A DNA stretch of 63,103 nucleotides, the filler included, from Octopus bimaculoides (taxonomy: Eukaryota): NCBI RefSeq assembly GCF_001194135.2. It is 6 parts of 5 records of this genome, joined end to end, with 100 filler letters (N's around TTAATTAATTAA, not from the genome) between each part and the next. Parts side by side here need not be neighbours in the genome. Positions count along the whole stretch, not along the records: positions 48,875 to 56,611 come from NC_069003.1; positions 56,712 to 63,103 come from NC_068986.1; 4 more parts are not named here. One strand, given 5' to 3'. Below are positions 49,636-62,332 of the stretch, one piece after another. The notes below the pieces were generated by a model. It was not told the DNA's origin and searched no databases. It worked only from the letters and a program-made list of their open reading frames with translations. Position numbers and translations under genes: made by a program. Positions within the stretch are counted from its first letter, which is position 1. Every line of letters starts with the position of its first letter.

Positions 49636-50965
49636 GTACGTTTGTATGTACGTATATACCTATGTTTGTCTGTATGTATATATGTATGTGTATATAATCA
49701 TATATATCGATGTGTATATGTATGTATTCATTTAATCATTTAATGTATATGTTTGTCAGTGTTTTTCGTGTGCGTGTGTCTGTTTGTATGTATGTATGTG
49801 TGTATGTGCGTGTCTGTGTTTGTATAGCCATGTCTATATGCAGGCAGTCCACATAAATTATCACTGGGATGTCAGCGCCAACCTGCCCCCCCCCGACTTC
49901 CGGTTTTATACAGTGTCACATGTTTGGTTGCAATTTCTGTAAATATCTGAAAGAGAAGAATATGGATCCTACCAAGAGAGGATTCACAAGGGCTAAGAAC
50001 GAAGATGAAAGCTATTGCACGAAATATTTGTAGTCAAAAAAAAAAAACCCTATGGAATTAGACTGAGAAACTATGCTTTGTCATACTTACAAATAATTCT
50101 ATATATGCATATATATATATATATATATATATATANNNNNNNNNNNNNNNNNNNNNNNNNNNNNNNNNNNNNNNNNNNNNNNNNNNNNNNNNNNNNNNNN
50201 NNNNNNNNNNNNNNNNNNNNNNNNNNNNNNNNNNNNNNNNNNNNNNNNNNNNNNNNNNNNNNNNNNNNNNNNNNNNNNNNNNNNNNNNNNNNNNNNNNNN
50301 NNNNNNNNNNNNNNNNNNNNNNNNNNNNNNNNNNNNNNNNNNNNNNNNNNNNNNNNNNNNNNNNNNNNNNNNNNNNNNNNNNNNNNNNNNNNNNNNNNNN
50401 NNNNNNNNNNNNNNNNNNNNNNNNNNNNNNNNNNNNNNNNNNNNNNNNNNNNNNNNNNNNNNNNNNNNNNNNNNNNNNNNNNNNNNNNNNNNNNNNNNNN
50501 NNNNNNNNNNNNNNNNNNNNNNNNNNNNNNNNNNNNNNNNNNNNNNNNNNNNNNNNNNNNNNNNNNNNNNNNNNNNNNNNNNNNNNNNNNNNNNNNNNNN
50601 NNNNNNNNNNNNNNNNNNNNNNNNNNNNNNNNNNNNNNNNNNNNNNNNNNNNNNNNNNNNNNNNNNNNNNNNNNNNNNNNNNNNNNNNNNNNNNNNNNNN
50701 NNNNNNNNNNNNNNNNNNNNNNNNNNNNNNNNNNNNNNNNNNNNNNNNNNNNNNNNNNNNNNNNNNNNNNNNNNNNNNNNNNNNNNNNNNNNNNNNNNNN
50801 NNNNNNNNNNNNNNNNNNNNNNNNNNNNNNNNNNNNNNNNNNNNNNNNNNNNNNNNNNNNNNNNNNNNNNNNNNNNNNNNNNNNNNNNNNNNNNNNNNNN
50901 NNNNNNNNNNNNNNNNNNNNNNNNNNNNTGCAAGATTCTTGATGCGAAATCGTGTGTTGAAACAG

Positions 50966-51442
50966 ATATTGTTGTATTCGGGGATGGTCATGTTGCCAGT
51001 TTAGCCAATAAAAACACACGCACTATATATTTGGTGTTAATTTGCTTCAGCTTTATTTTATTTTTTTACGTTAATCGTATTTCGGCCAGAGTTCTATCGT
51101 CACACTTCTGTGACCTCATCAGTGGTCCTTTGCTTTCTTCTTTCTTATTTGTGTGTCTTTCCTTACTAACGATCAGTCATTTTGTCAAAATGGCTTATCG
51201 TTAGTAAGGAAAGACATGTTGACAAAATGACTGACCGTTAATAAAGAAAGAGACACAAATAAGAAAGAAGAAAGCAAAGGACCACTGATGAGGTCACAGA
51301 AGTGTGACGAAAGAACTCTGGCCAAAATACGATTGACGTAAAAAAAATAAAATAAAGCTGAAGCAAATTAACACCAAATATATAGTGCGTGTGTTTTTAT
51401 TGGCAAAACTGGCAACATGACCATCCCCAAATACAACAATAT
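50966..51442. repeat. About 480-bp palindrome (about 223-bp arms) carrying mirrored hammerhead motifs
   Basis: 50966-51188 is the near-perfect reverse complement of 51219-51442. The spacer holds an extra 20-nt inverted copy of arm sequence (51197-51216 vs 51155-51174). Confidence 0.9.
51279..51323 (+). ncRNA. Minimal type I hammerhead ribozyme motif in the right arm of a long palindrome
   Basis: GGACCA-CUGAUGA-G-[GUCACA GAAG UGUGAC]-GAAA-GAAC-UC/UGGCC. The mirror copy at 51084-51128 (-) has GAAA changed to GAUA. Confidence 0.6.
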
Positions 51443-51476
<34 letters not shown>

Positions 51477-51522
51477 GAATAAGTTAGAGTAAACATGAAG
51501 GAGTACAGAGGAACATTTTTTC

Positions 51523-51737
51523 TAATTACTACAATTGTCTCCACGCAACGTAGTTCCCCGGGTGCGTAGATGTTTGATTATGTAACCGTTTCCCTGCATT
51601 ATGAGATTTTGTGATTTCCTCAGGAGATATATAAATATGGGAATCACAACGAGATTTCATAATGCAGGGAAACGGTTAGAAACCAAATACCTGCGAACCT
51701 GGAGGACTATGGTTGCGTAGAATCAATTGTAGTGATT
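51523..51737. repeat. Diverged palindromic MITE-like element
   Basis: AATTACTACAATTG...GTAACCGTTTCCCTGCATTATGAGAT is mirrored by ATTTCATAATGCAGGGAAACGGTTAG...CAATTGTAGTGATT. Confidence 0.7.
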
Positions 51738-51948
51738 ACAATTGTGCTCCTTCTTGTTGTCCCTTATCCATTCACACATTGCAGAATCCCCAACGCAAAT
51801 CTTGCAGTAGGTATAATATTACTGCTGGATTACATCGGGTGAATGCTGAAGGTGAACGAGCTTTATACAAGTTGTTCACATCTAGAGGCGAACGTGTATA
51901 TGGTTCTACTAATTACAACTTAATGGTAAAAATGGTAAAAAAAATTGG

Positions 51949-51988
<40 letters not shown>

Positions 51989-53606
51989 GATATCAATATA
52001 TATACATATGATTGTCACTATAAATATATATTATATCTATATGCATACACTTATACATACTCTCTCTCACACACACATGCACACATACGTGTAACTTGCA
52101 AAATAAAAACTACATTGAAACTTTTCATCTAAAATCAGAAAAATTTCTGGAAATTATTCATTCAAAACGATTTTATACATTTTCGTTTGTTATTTGTTTT
52201 TATCCATATCACCTGCCATCCCCGTCATAGAAATAATATAAATAAAAAATAATAATAAAAATAACGATTGTACGCGCCTGTAAATATGTACGTTCACGGA
52301 ATACACGTGTGAAATAAGATATCTTTCCTTGAAATATATTTAAAGAAATGACACTGCTGATATTTTATAAATTGGAAGAAGACAGATATTTTATTATCCG
52401 CCATTTTAATTATTTGAATTCTTTTGACATTCCAGCAAAACTGGTAACAGAATATCATTTTGTATCAGACGATATGTTGAATTAATCTTGTACTTTTTTG
52501 TTCTCCCCATCCCCGCCTCTTTTTCTCTCTCTCTTCCTAATGTAAAAATAATTATTTACGTGCATACATTTAATTTATTTTTAATATGCAATCTTTTTGT
52601 TCAGTTTCACATTAGCAGACATACTGTCGAGCATATTATCGGTATGCACATAAACTCAAATGAATATACAACAATATGTATATGTGTATGGTTATACGCA
52701 CATATGTATGTATGTATATACATATATATATATACACACACATATAGACATAGATAAGTATATATATGTATATGTGTATATATATATNNNNNNNNNNNNN
52801 NNNNNNNNNNNNNNNNNNNNNNNNNNNNNNNNNNNNNNNNNNNNNNNNNNNNNNNNNNNNNNNNNNNNNNNNNNNNNNNNNNNNNNNNNNNNNNNNNNNN
52901 NNNNNNNNNNNNNNNNNNNNNNNNNNNNNNNNNNNNNNNNNNNNNNNNNNNNNNNNNNNNNNNNNNNNNNNNNNNNNNNNNNNNNNNNNNNNNNNNNNNN
53001 NNNNNNNNNNNNNNNNNNNNNNNNNNNNNNNNNNNNNNNNNNNNNNNNNNNNNNNNNNNNNNNNNNNNNNNNNNNNNNNNNNNNNNNNNNNNNNNNNNNN
53101 NNNNNATATATATATATATATATATGCAAGCGTATGTAGATGAGTGTGTATTTATATGTATGTCTATATATTATGAATATATTATGTCACGTTAATATGT
53201 GTATATAGATGTATAGATGTATAGACATACACATACATGCACACACATTTATACACATGCGCACACAAATACATATACACATACATAAATGAAAAAAAAA
53301 ATCCTTGGACCCTAATAATTTCAAGTTTCTTAAGAATCATTAGCAAGGCCGGAATTAACTGATGAAACGTGTTCCAAAATATTCGCTAATTGTTTTAATC
53401 ACCAGGTGATCAATCACCGTGAAAAGACCCAACGCCAATGATTGTAACCTATTTTAAGACATTTTTCAAGCCCGTCTTCAATGAACCATATTCTTTTATT
53501 TTTTACTGATGATTGTTTATCAACATGAAACTATTAAGATTCGAGCGTCAGTTTTATTATTTGCCCATTATAAGTCACCTTATACTGAGCAGATTGAATT
53601 ATATAT

Positions 53607-53987
53607 TGTTGTTGTTGGCACTCCGTCGCTTACGACGTCGAGGGTTCCAGTTGATCCGATCAACGGAACAGCCTGCTCGTGAAATTAACTCTACAGACGC
53701 GTGTACCCTTAACGTAGTTCTCGGGGATATTCAGCGTGACACATCGTGACACAGTGTGACACAGTGTGACAAGGCTGGCCCCTTTGAATTACAGGCACAA
53801 CAGAAACAGTAAGAAAGAGTGAGAGAAAGTTGTGGTGAAAGAGTACAGTAGGGTTCGCCACCATCCCCTGCCGGAACCTTTAGTGTTTTCGCTCAATAAA
53901 CACTCACAACGCCCGGTCTGGGAATCGAAACCGCGATCCTACGACCGCGAGTTCTCTGCCCTAACCACTGGGACATTGCGCCTCCAC
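53607..53987 (-). mobile_element. SINE family A, full length with TSD
   Basis: Reverse complement of 9901-10282. TSD TGAATTATATAT at 53595-53606 and 53988-53999. The internal GTGACACAGT-type unit is triplicated. Confidence 0.85.
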
Positions 53988-54332
53988 TGAATTATATATA
54001 AGCAAACTTCTTACCACACGGCCATACTTGTGCCTATTTAAAGCAATGCTCACACGTCTTAGAAAGATCAGATGATCTCTTCCTTGTGAGGGTTCGGGGT
54101 GCTAGTCGTCTCTCCATGCTTTATTTATGAATCGTTAAGCTATATAAATGACTCAAGGAGCTAGAGTTTTGTGCCAAAGCAGTTGCCAAACATTTAGCAT
54201 GAGACTCAGCTTTGCAGCTAATAAATAAGACAAACTCTGTATTGTAATTGAATCCTTTTCCCCCTTCGTTTGCGAAATCAAACACACAGGTACACACTCA
54301 TATATACATCTAACGCGTACTTATGCACAGAG

Positions 54333-54390
<58 letters not shown>

Positions 54391-55099
54391 GGGGGAGAGG
54401 GAAGAACAATTTAAGACGCTGATGTTGAATATGTCTAAGACGATGTTTATAATACTGATGTTGATGAATAAAAAACTATTTAAACAGTCAGATAATTGTC
54501 CGTGTTTATTTCTTATTGTTTTATGTTCGATTTGTGTCACAAATATAGGTTTGGTACTACACAGTGTCTGAGTTCAAGTATTTAGAAGTCTAACTACGTC
54601 TCACTCCTACATTTTCGGTCAATAAACTTACATTTAGAGAAACCGACCTCCTGCCGACCTTAGTATATGTTAGACGTAAATTTTATTGTAGCTGAGATTT
54701 TTGCAATTACATTTGTGCTTACTGAAGTTATGTGTAAATTCAAATACGGATGATTCGTTTATAAAATATAATCAAAAATTATCATCTCTGGTTTCGTACA
54801 TATTGATTTCAAATTTTGGCACACGGCCAGCAATTTCGGGGGAAGCAGATAGGTCGATTTCATAGACCCCAGTACTCAACGGATACGTATTTTATCGACC
54901 CCGAAAGGATGAAAAGCAAAGTCAACCTCGGTGGAATTTGAACTCAGAACATGAAGACGGACGAAATGCTTACGAAATGCTCAACAGCATTTCGTCCGGT
55001 GTGCTGACGATTCTGCCAACCCGCAGCCTTTGGCTTCTTACGCATTAAGGAAAAAAAAATACAAAACAGGAGTACCAAGACTCTAATATTTTTGAAACA

Positions 55100-55398
55100 G
55101 CGATGGTGCGTGGCTTAGTGGTTAGCGGTATTCGGTACACGATCAGAAGCTCGTGAGTTCGATTCCTGGCGGCGGGTTGTGTCCTTGAGCAAGACACTTT
55201 ATTTCACATTGCTTCAGTCCACTCAGCTGGCAAAATTTAGTAGTATCTGTATTTCAAAGGGACGCTCTTGTCTTATTCCGTTCCACGCAGAACCTCCCTG
55301 AGAACTACGTTAAGGGTACACGTGTCTGTGGAGTGCTCAGTCATTTTACTTTTACGATCAGGCTGGAACCCTCATTGACGTAACCGACGGAGTGCCAG
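55100..55398 (+). mobile_element. SINE with different tRNA head but family-A 3' half
   Basis: TGGCTTAGTGG A box and GAGTTCGATTCC B box, then CORE-like GTGTCCTTGAGCAAGACACTT and the shared GAGAACTACGTTAAGGGTACACGTGTCTGTGGAGTGCTCAG. A similar minus copy lies near 56880-57150. Confidence 0.7.
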
Positions 55399-57589
55399 TA
55401 TAGTGTATGGAAAATATAACCCGAAAAATGGGTATCTGAATACCCTTATCTGAAAGGGTACCAAGAATTAGTTTCCACTTGCTTAATACATGTGTTGCGA
55501 TTCGCTAGAATCGACTAACTTCTCCTAGAATTGGCTCCTGCAATAGTCCATTCTTTTTAGCCTTTCTCTCTGAGCCTAAACATCCGCATAAATTCGACAC
55601 ACCTTAGCTACTTAACTGCGTGATTTTCTACACCTCCATTTTCGTCGGTAACGGCTCTAATGCAACCTTCATTTTGCTGAATATATCGATCTAATGAAAG
55701 AGCAATGCAGAACTCCAGGAAATTCCCCCACCATATCAGAAAGCGTGCCGAGCGAACGGAATGGTGAACGGAATGGTGACCATTTCAGAAAATAGCAAGA
55801 AACTGATCAGTAGCCAACACAATGCAGCAACCAATCTCATACTGAACAGACATAAACTTGAACTTGAAGTTGCTGACTTTAAACGGCTTTGGGTCCAGTT
55901 TAAGCAAGAACATCAGATGGAAAAGTACTTCAAACAGTTTTCCAAGAAAGTTCAAACCAGACAAGTCCCTGGTGACTTCGTTCATTTTACATGAGTGTGA
56001 AAGATGTGCACTCAGAGCTGACACGGAACATAGGATATAGACGTTCGAATACAAGTGCTTCTGAAAGCTGTTGTGCATCGTGTATGTATTTCATTAGAAC
56101 AGGAGCTTCGATAGGTAGTAAATCTCGAAATATATGTTTCTTTATTGCCCACAGGGAGCTAAACACAGAGGGGACAAACAAGGACAGACAAAGGGATTAA
56201 GTCGATTACTTCGACCCCAGAATTAAAGGTACTACTCATTTTTGTCAGCTAAGTGGACTGGAATAACTTGAAATAAAGTGTCTTGCTGAAGGACACAACG
56301 CGCCGCCAGGAATCGAACTCATGGCCTTACGGCCGGGAACCGGATACTCTGATCACTAAATCATTCACCGTCATTTTAACTGACTTGTATGATAGTTTAT
56401 AGAGAGTTAACTCCGAATTTAGGTGAAACAAAGACCTCGTATCAACAAGTACAGAAAGCGAAAGAACATGGTCCAGCCATTTAAATATATGAACAGACGA
56501 TGGTAAAATGTAGAATTCTAAAATATTCGAATACAGTAGCTGTATACAAATGTTTGAAAATTTAATTGCTGTACACAAGTGCTGTCTCGATCGATAAAAA
56601 GAGACGAACATNNNNNNNNNNNNNNNNNNNNNNNNNNNNNNNNNNNNNNNNNNNNTTAATTAATTAANNNNNNNNNNNNNNNNNNNNNNNNNNNNNNNNN
56701 NNNNNNNNNNNTATATACATACATACATATACACAACGGGCTTCTTTCAGTTTCCGTCTACCAAATCCACTCATAAGGCTTTGGTCGGCCCGAGGCTATA
56801 GTAGAAGACACTTGCCCAAGGTTACACGCAGTGGGACTGAACCCGGAACCATGTGGTTGGTAAGCAAGCTACTTAGCCGGTACTTCGTCAGTTACGACGA
56901 TGAGGGTTCCAGTTGATCTGATCAACGGAACAGCCTGCTCGTGAAAATAATGTGCAAGAACTTAAGCACTCTACCGCCTCCTGTACCCTTAACGTAGTTC
57001 TCGGGGAGATTCAGCGTGACACAGTGTGACAAGGCTGGCCCTTTGAAATACAGGTACTACTCATTATTACCAGCTTAGTGGACTGGAGCAACGTGAGATA
57101 AGTATCTTGCTCAAGGACACGATGCATCACCGGGAATTGAACTCAGGACCTTACAATCGTGAGCCATATATACATCATTTATCTTTCTTTTACTTGTTTC
57201 AGTCGTTGGACTGCGGCCATGCTGTGGCACAGCCTCGAAGAATTTTAGTGGAACGAATCGAACGCAGTACCTTTTTTTCTATAAAGCATGTCCCTTGTTC
57301 TGTCGCTGGCTTTTGCCGAACCGCTAAGTTACCTGGACGTAAAGACAACCAACACTAGTTGTCAACCGGCGATGGGGGACAAACACAAACGATACACAAG
57401 TGCACACACGCGTGCGCGTATGTATGTATGTATGTATGTATGTATGTATGTATGTATGTATGTATGTATGTATGTATCTATCTCTCTGCCTATCTATCTA
57501 TCTATCTATCGATCCGTCCGTCTGTCTGTCTACCTACCTGCCTGCCTGTCCGTCCATCCATCTGTCCATCTATCTATCTATCTATCTAT

Positions 57590-57838
57590 CTGGCTAATGT
57601 GTATATCGCATCAGTCATCGATTACCGCCTGACCGTCGTGCCTTGTCCCGATGCCACCATCACGAAACTAGAACGCATACTTTTCCGCTTTCTGTGGAAG
57701 GGTGGCGTTCCGATGGTGAGGCGATCCATTTGCTGTCAACAACCGTTACGTGGAGGACTGGGGATGCCGTGGTTAATGATGCGCAGACATGCGCTGAGAC
57801 TGCGGCATCTCTGGAACTTCATTGACGACGGTGAACAG
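57590..57838 (+). mobile_element. Tx1/L1-like LINE ORF2 fragment (post-RT region), running into gap
   Basis: Reads NVYIASVIDYRLTVVPCPDATITKLERILFRFLWKGGVPMVRRSICCQQPLRGGLGMPWLMMRRHALRLRHLW, with the FxFLW and GGLGxP motifs of L1/Tx1 elements. Confidence 0.8.
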
Positions 57839-58704
57839 NNNNNNNNNNNNNNNNNNNNNNNNNNNNNNNNNNNNNNNNNNNNNNNNNNNNNNNNNNNNNN
57901 NNNNNNNNNNNNNNNNNNNNNNNNNNNNNNNNNNNNNNNNNNNNNNNNNNNNNNNNNNNNNNNNNNNNNNNNNNNNNNNNNNNNNNNNNNNNNNNNNNNN
58001 NNNNNNNNNNNNNNNNNNNNNNNNNNNNNNNNNNNNNNNNNNNNNNNNNNNNNNNNNNNNNNNNNNNNNNNNNNNNNNNNNNNNNNNNNNNNNNNNNNNN
58101 NNNNNNNNNNNNNNNNNNNNNNNNNNNNNNNNNNNNNNNNNNNNNNNNNNNNNNNNNNNNNNNNNNNNNNNNNNNNNNNNNNNNNNNNNNNNNNNNNNNN
58201 NNNNNNNNNNNNNNNNNNNNNNNNNNNNNNNNNNNNNNNNNNNNNNNNNNNNNNNNNNNNNNNNNNNNNNNNNNNNNNNNNNNNNNNNNNNNNNNNNNNN
58301 NNNNNNNNNNNNNNNNNNNNNNNNNNNNNNNNNNNNNNNNNNNNNNNNNNNNNNNNNNNNNNNNNNNNNNNNNNNNNNNNNNNNNNNNNNNNNNNNNNNN
58401 NNNNNNNNNNNNNNNNNNNNNNNNNNNNNNNNNNNNNNNNNNNNNNNNNNNNNNNNNNNNNNNNNNNNNNNNNNNNNNNNNNNNNNNNNNNNNNNNNNNN
58501 NNNNNNNNNNNNNNNNNNNNNNNNNNNNNNNNNNNNNNNNNNNNNNNNNNNNNNNNNNNNNNNNNNNNNNNNNNNNNNNNNNNNNNNNNNNNNNNNNNNN
58601 NNNNNNNNNNNNNNNNNNNNNNNNNNNNNNNNNNNNNNNNNNNNNNNNNNNNNNNNNNNNNNNNNNNNNNNNNNNNNNNNNNNNNNNNNNNNNNNNNNNN
58701 NNNN

Positions 58705-58739
<35 letters not shown>

Positions 58740-59289
58740 ATTTATATAAAGGGCATTATTACAGAAAATAATAACGCCACACAGTGGACTTCTCAAAATA
58801 ACCACATTTAGTACCTAATGCGAGGAAAAACAACCAACAGAAGCCTACCTACCTTCTTTTAAATAAACTTAACTGTGTATCGGCCGATTTCGCGATTACT
58901 AGAATGAATCTAGATTTCGTTCATCAGCACAGTATTGTCCCAAAAATATATATAAATAAACAGAATTCTCACCTCACCAAAAACGAACACCCTACGTATC
59001 CGACAGAGTAAAGGGAATGAAGTTTATCTGTATATATCTTCATCAAAGAATCTATCTACCTACCTACCTACCTACCTACCTACGTATAATGAAATAAAAG
59101 CAGAAAACTTGGCGAAAGCAATTACTGGATGACATGATATTTCATGTTGGTAGTGAGTGGGAGAAACCCAGAAGAGCAGGGTTTTATAACAACACACTCA
59201 GTAACTCCTACTCTGCCCGCTACTCCTTCCCTTCCAATATCACCTCCCCCTACATCACCAGCAATTACCATCTCTCCCAGCCCGTTCTC

Positions 59290-59352
<63 letters not shown>

Positions 59353-60123
59353 NNNNNNNNNNNNNNNNNNNNNNNNNNNNNNNNNNNNNNNNNNNNNNNN
59401 NNNNNNNNNNNNNNNNNNNNNNNNNNNNNNNNNNNNNNNNNNNNNNNNNNNNNNNNNNNNNNNNNNNNNNNNNNNNNNNNNNNNNNNNNNNNNNNNNNNN
59501 NNNNNNNNNNNNNNNNNNNNNNNNNNNNNNNNNNNNNNNNNNNNNNNNNNNNNNNNNNNNNNNNNNNNNNNNNNNNNNNNNNNNNNNNNNNNNNNNNNNN
59601 NNNNNNNNNNNNNNNNNNNNNNNNNNNNNNNNNNNNNNNNNNNNNNNNNNNNNNNNNNNNNNNNNNNNNNNNNNNNNNNNNNNNNNNNNNNNNNNNNNNN
59701 NNNNNNNNNNNNNNNNNNNNNNNNNNNNNNNNNNNNNNNNNNNNNNNNNNNNNNNNNNNNNNNNNNNNNNNNNNNNNNNNNNNNNNNNNNNNNNNNNNNN
59801 NNNNNNNNNNNNNNNNNNNNNNNNNNNNNNNNNNNNNNNNNNNNNNNNNNNNNNNNNNNNNNNNNNNNNNNNNNNNNNNNNNNNNNNNNNNNNNNNNNNN
59901 NNNNNNNNNNNNNNNNNNNNNNNNNNNNNNNNNNNNNNNNNNNNNNNNNNNNNNNNNNNNNNNNNNNNNNNNNNNNNNNNNNNNNNNNNNNNNNNNNNNN
60001 NNNNNNNNNNNNNNNNNNNNNNNNNNNNNNNNNNNNNNNNNNNNNNNNNNNNNNNNNNNNNNNNNNNNNNNNNNNNNNNNNNNNNNNNNNNNNNNNNNNN
60101 NNNNNNNNNNNNNNNNNNNNNNN

Positions 60124-60202
60124 CATATAGTGTAGTGGTTAAGAGCGCGGGCTACTAACCCGAAGATTCCGAGTTCGATTCCATAATAATAATAATAATT
60201 AT

Positions 60203-60239
<37 letters not shown>

Positions 60240-60391
60240 GCAACATCGAAAAATACCTTAGGAATAAGAACCCAGGTTCGAAATTTCCCCAAGACACCTG
60301 ATGAAGGCTGGAGGGTACATCAGCTGAAACATTGTGTTAGCAAGAAACAAGATGAAGACAAATATCCGTCAAATGTAAATAATGTAAATAA
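60124..60391 (+). mobile_element. tRNA-headed SINE with internal (AAT)n(AAC)n and a hammerhead-like module
   Basis: A box TAGTGTAGTGG, anticodon-like arm CGGG-CTACTAA-CCCG, B box GAGTTCGATTCC, then the hammerhead motif and an (AATGTAAAT)n tail. Confidence 0.7.
60293..60338 (+). ncRNA. Hammerhead-ribozyme-like motif inside a tRNA-headed SINE
   Basis: GACAC-CUGAUGA-A-[GGCUG GAGGGUACAU CAGCU]-GAAA-CAU-U/GUGUU. Stem I GACAC pairs with GUGUU. Stem III carries a C-A mismatch in this copy. Confidence 0.55.
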
Positions 60392-61945
60392 CGTACATTT
60401 GACCTTGGCAAAATTTGGACTCAGAATATAAAGACGGACGAAATGCCGCCCAAGCATTTTGCCCGGCACGGTAACGATTAAGCCAGCAAACTCGGGGAAG
60501 GGAGTAAGCTGGTGACATTGGCCCTAATCCTCAACTGGTTCTTATTTTATCGACCCTGAAAGGACGAAAGGAAAAGTCGTCCTCGATATAATTTGAGGTA
60601 AAGACGGACGAAATGCCGCTAGGTATTTTGCTCAGCGTGTTAACGATGCTGCAAAGTCGCCGCTTTAGTGGAATCTTTACAACGCTCAGAAATAATTGAA
60701 GAAGCTACTACTAAGTTCTGTATGTTGCTGTTTGACCATAGGTCAGCCCTGATCAAGAAAACCTGTGACCAAAGGCATTAGTTTCTACACATCCAGTATC
60801 TTTCATTTTGCCAAGCGGTGTTGTGTTATTTGAGGAAAATTTAGCAGCCTTTTCAGCACGATGAACGACCGCTTAGTGGTTTCCTATTTGGTTTGATGTT
60901 CCACTGCATTGATAAATTGTAGCTTCTGCTAAACTACATCGTAAAACATAAACGAGTTGATTGTCAAATACACAAATGCAATAATCTTTTACTGATGTAC
61001 ATTTGTATTTCACTGTCTACAATGTCCGTGCAGTGATGTCTTAGTTTCGGTTACGCCGATCATTTCCCTGGTGCGTGAATGTTCTCTGAAGAAGGAGAAT
61101 CCATATTAGATTCTTTTTACGATTACCCGTCTTGCGTATTTTCATACATAAATACATTGGAATGATTGATCGTACAAGTTGAGCCGACCATTTTTAAGTT
61201 GTGTAACATTGATTTTATTTGCAAGATGTATGTTGTGCAACGAATTTACTTGTTGGGTTCGCCTGAGTTGTATTTCTTATAATTGCGTTAATAGTTACTC
61301 TGAAAGTCCTAAAAATGATATTTATTTTTATTGGAAGTTACTTCTATCAAAGCAGCAAGCAGACAACGATAAAACAGGTTTTAAATGACTATTTAGCAGG
61401 ATGGAGATTGCAAAAGGAAAACGAAACAAAAAAATAAATACGAGGAGCTGTTCTATGTATCGTAAAACAATCAACGAACCTCATCAATTTCGAAGACAAC
61501 GTAAGTATCGAGGGTTCCGGGTATCTCAAGTTAAAGAAAGCAAAAATACTTCGACATGACATAATGGTTTCAGATTTTGGAACAGGGCTAACAATTTTGA
61601 GAAGCGTTGGGGTTAGTCAATTACATCAACTCTGGTGCTCGATATGGTACTTATTTTATCACCACCAGGAAGAAGGAAAGGCAAAGACAGACTTGGCGGA
61701 GTTTGAACTAAGAACGAAAAGAAGCGAAAGAAATGCAACTAGGCATTTTGTCCGACGCACTAACGATTCTGCTAGCTCGTTGCCTTTCATCCTTTTATCC
61801 GACATGCTGTTATTCTACACTTGTGGTTTTCAACCACTCTTTTTCCCTATGGACACCTCACCCCGCGATTACAGTTTCACTTGGAATTGACCCTCATTAC
61901 CATTTAACGTTTTAAAAAATCCTATGAAGTTTTTATAGTTAAATA

Positions 61946-62332
61946 CAGGAGAACCTCGCAGTACGAGTTCTACATTGCACGAGTAATTTGCTGTACGAGC
62001 CGAGACTCGTGCGAACATTTGTCTTGAAGTACGAGCAGAAATCCGCAGTACAAGCGCACAGATCGTCCCTTCTTTGAGGTAATTCAGTTAATAAAACCAG
62101 TTTACATATTTCTTTTGAATTGTCTTTTTTATAATTGTCATTTTACTCGTAACTACACCTTTTCTATTTTAAAACCAATAAAAAATTATTTTTGAGTGGT
62201 TTTGGAGGACTGGAACGGATTAATTATATTTTAGCTAATCTCAATGGGGGAAAATTGAGTTGTAAAAGGAGTAAATCGTAAGAAGAGATCGGTCATGGAA
62301 CAAATTAAACTTGTACTGCGAGGTTATAACTG
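61946..62332. mobile_element. Tigger/pogo-like MITE with TA TSD
   Basis: TA|CAGGAGAACCTCGCAGTACGAGTT ... AACTTGTACTGCGAGGTTATAACTG|TA. Confidence 0.75.

Noticed and set aside
52586-52647. 37-nt plus-strand exon-like segment (tctttttgttcag| ... TCG|gtatgc)
   Set aside because: The signals are plausible but isolated between the Argos-like stop and repeats, with no partner exon or recognisable peptide.
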